DNA of 64,000 bases from Candidatus Hydrothermarchaeota archaeon (lineage in GTDB: Archaea > Hydrothermarchaeota > Hydrothermarchaeia > Hydrothermarchaeales > BMS3B), in assembly GCA_015521615.1 (NCBI GenBank), contig WANW01000059.1:802-64801 (forward strand). The letters are read 5' to 3'. Both the position numbers and the translations under genes were made by a program. Each line of letters begins with the position of its first letter. Position 1 is the first letter of the stretch. Below, piece after piece: positions 62,646 to 64,000 of this stretch. The notes below the pieces were generated by a model, which searched no databases, was not told the origin of the DNA, and was given only the letters and a program-made list of their open reading frames with translations.

Positions 62646-64000
62646 ATGGAAAACCCAAGTGTGCACGAGACTATAAACCAGATGTACCAGGAGGTCAGAA
62701 AAGATGGTATCTCTAACGTAGCTGATCGCTACGAAGCGCAGAGCAAGAAGTGTACCTTCTGCCTCCGCGGGCTCAGCTGCCAGCTGTGCAGCATGGGTCC
62801 ATGCAGAATAAGCGAGAAGGCGCCCTATGGCGCCTGCGGCATTGATGCAAACGGCATAGCCATGCGCAACATGCTTCACAGGAACATAATGGGCGCAGCC
62901 GCCTACTCCTACCACGCTGTTGAGGCTGTTAAGACGCTTAAGGCTACCGCCAAAGGCAAGACGCCCTTCAAAATATCCGTGCCCGAGAAGCTCATCGCCT
63001 TTGCCCAGGCTCTGGGCATAGAGACGGAGGGCAGAGATATAAACGAGGTTGCGGTGGAGGTCGCTGACTTTGTGCTTGAGGACATGAACAGGGACGCCGA
63101 GGAGCCCAGCAGGCTGGTGGAGATCTTCGCTCCCGAGAAGAGGAAGGAGCTCTGGAGGGAGCTGGGCATCTTCCCGGGGGGCGTGCTGCACGAGATAATG
63201 GTCAACGCCGCCTCCAGCATGACCAACGTGGACAGCAACTACGTCTCCCTTGCCCTGAAGGCCATGAGGATGGGCATTGCCACCGCCTTCCAGGCGCAGC
63301 TCAGCCTTGAGGTGATTCAGGACGTGCTCTTCGGCGTACCAAAGCCGCACAGGGGCTACGTTGACCTGGGCATAGTTGACCCGGAGTATGTGAACATCGC
63401 CGTGAACGGGCACGAGCCATTTGTGGGTGCCGCCCTGATTGAGCTGGCAAAGAGCGAGGAGGTGCAGGCAAAGGCGAGGCAGGCCGGTGCAAAAGGGCTG
63501 AAGATAGTGGGCTCCATTGAAACCGGGCAGGAGTTGCTGCAGCGCTACAGCGTGGACGACGTGTTTGTTGGCCTAACGGGCAACTGGATAACCCAGGAGT
63601 ACCTGCTCGCCACCGGCGCAATAGACGTGTTCGCCATGGACATGAACTGCTCCCTTCCGAATCTGGCGGAGTACGCAGAGAAGTACGGCGTCACCCTAGT
63701 GCCGGTGTCCAAGCTGGTGAGGATGCGCGGCGTGGAGGATAGCATTGACTATAAGCCAGAGCTGGTGAAGGAGCAGGCGGAGAAGCTGATTGAGCTGGCG
63801 ATAGAGAACTTCAGGAAGAGGAAGGACAAGCCCGCGAGGGTGCCAAAGCGCAGGCAGGAGGTTGTGGTGGGCTTCTCCATAGAGAGCATCCTTGAGGCTC
63901 TCGGTGGAAGCCTGGAGCCCCTGCTGGAGGCGATAAAGAGCGGTGACATCAAGGGTGTGGTTGCCCTGGTGAGCTGCACCACCCTGAGGAACGGTCCTCA
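62646..64000 (+). CDS. cooS: CooS-family CO dehydrogenase-like protein, 3'-truncated by the window edge (absent from the ORF track)
   Basis: GGAGGTG SD, ATG 62646; CTFC...CQLCSMGPC..ACG, NGHEP, GSIETGQE, DMNC, VSC; open frame to the end of the window. Confidence 0.9.
   Translation, partial: MENPSVHETINQMYQEVRKDGISNVADRYEAQSKKCTFCLRGLSCQLCSMGPCRISEKAPYGACGIDANGIAMRNMLHRNIMGAAAYSYHAVEAVKTLKATAKGKTPFKISVPEKLIAFAQALGIETEGRDINEVAVEVADFVLEDMNRDAEEPSRLVEIFAPEKRKELWRELGIFPGGVLHEIMVNAASSMTNVDSNYVSLALKAMRMGIATAFQAQLSLEVIQDVLFGVPKPHRGYVDLGIVDPEYVNIAVNGHEPFVGAALIELAKSEEVQAKARQAGAKGLKIVGSIETGQELLQRYSVDDVFVGLTGNWITQEYLLATGAIDVFAMDMNCSLPNLAEYAEKYGVTLVPVSKLVRMRGVEDSIDYKPELVKEQAEKLIELAIENFRKRKDKPARVPKRRQEVVVGFSIESILEALGGSLEPLLEAIKSGDIKGVVALVSCTTLRNGP

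Overview
Archaeal chromosome segment, judged from archaeal-type ribosomal proteins, Cbf5, CarS, KEOPS, class I LysRS and FBP aldolase/phosphatase. The gene content suggests an anaerobic euryarchaeote-like lineage (Hydrothermarchaeota-like is a guess only). Bases 1-2144 are the right end of an element integrated into tRNA-Arg(CCT): a tyrosine integrase whose stop codon lies inside the duplicated tRNA 3' half, plus an atypical element-borne tRNA with a Leu (GAG) anticodon but Ser-like identity features. A short AT-rich accessory patch follows (wHTH gene, frameshifted wHTH, several palindromes). The rest is mostly core genome: two luciferase-like oxidoreductases plus MqnD; a gap/pyrD-like/pyrK/fbp/tpi cluster; tRNA-Ser; the L3-to-Cbf5 ribosomal superoperon with a structured leader; aminoacyl-tRNA synthetases; two-component proteins; MinD/archease/RtcB; a solo Cas4-like nuclease; carS-pyrE-purD-argF; aroA; KEOPS; and the 5' part of an atypical CooS. 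The strongest leads are the possibly mistranslating tRNA, a PyrD homologue with a rewired active site, the L3 operon leader RNA and the CooS-V-like protein. All calls come from reading motifs by eye; no database search was run.
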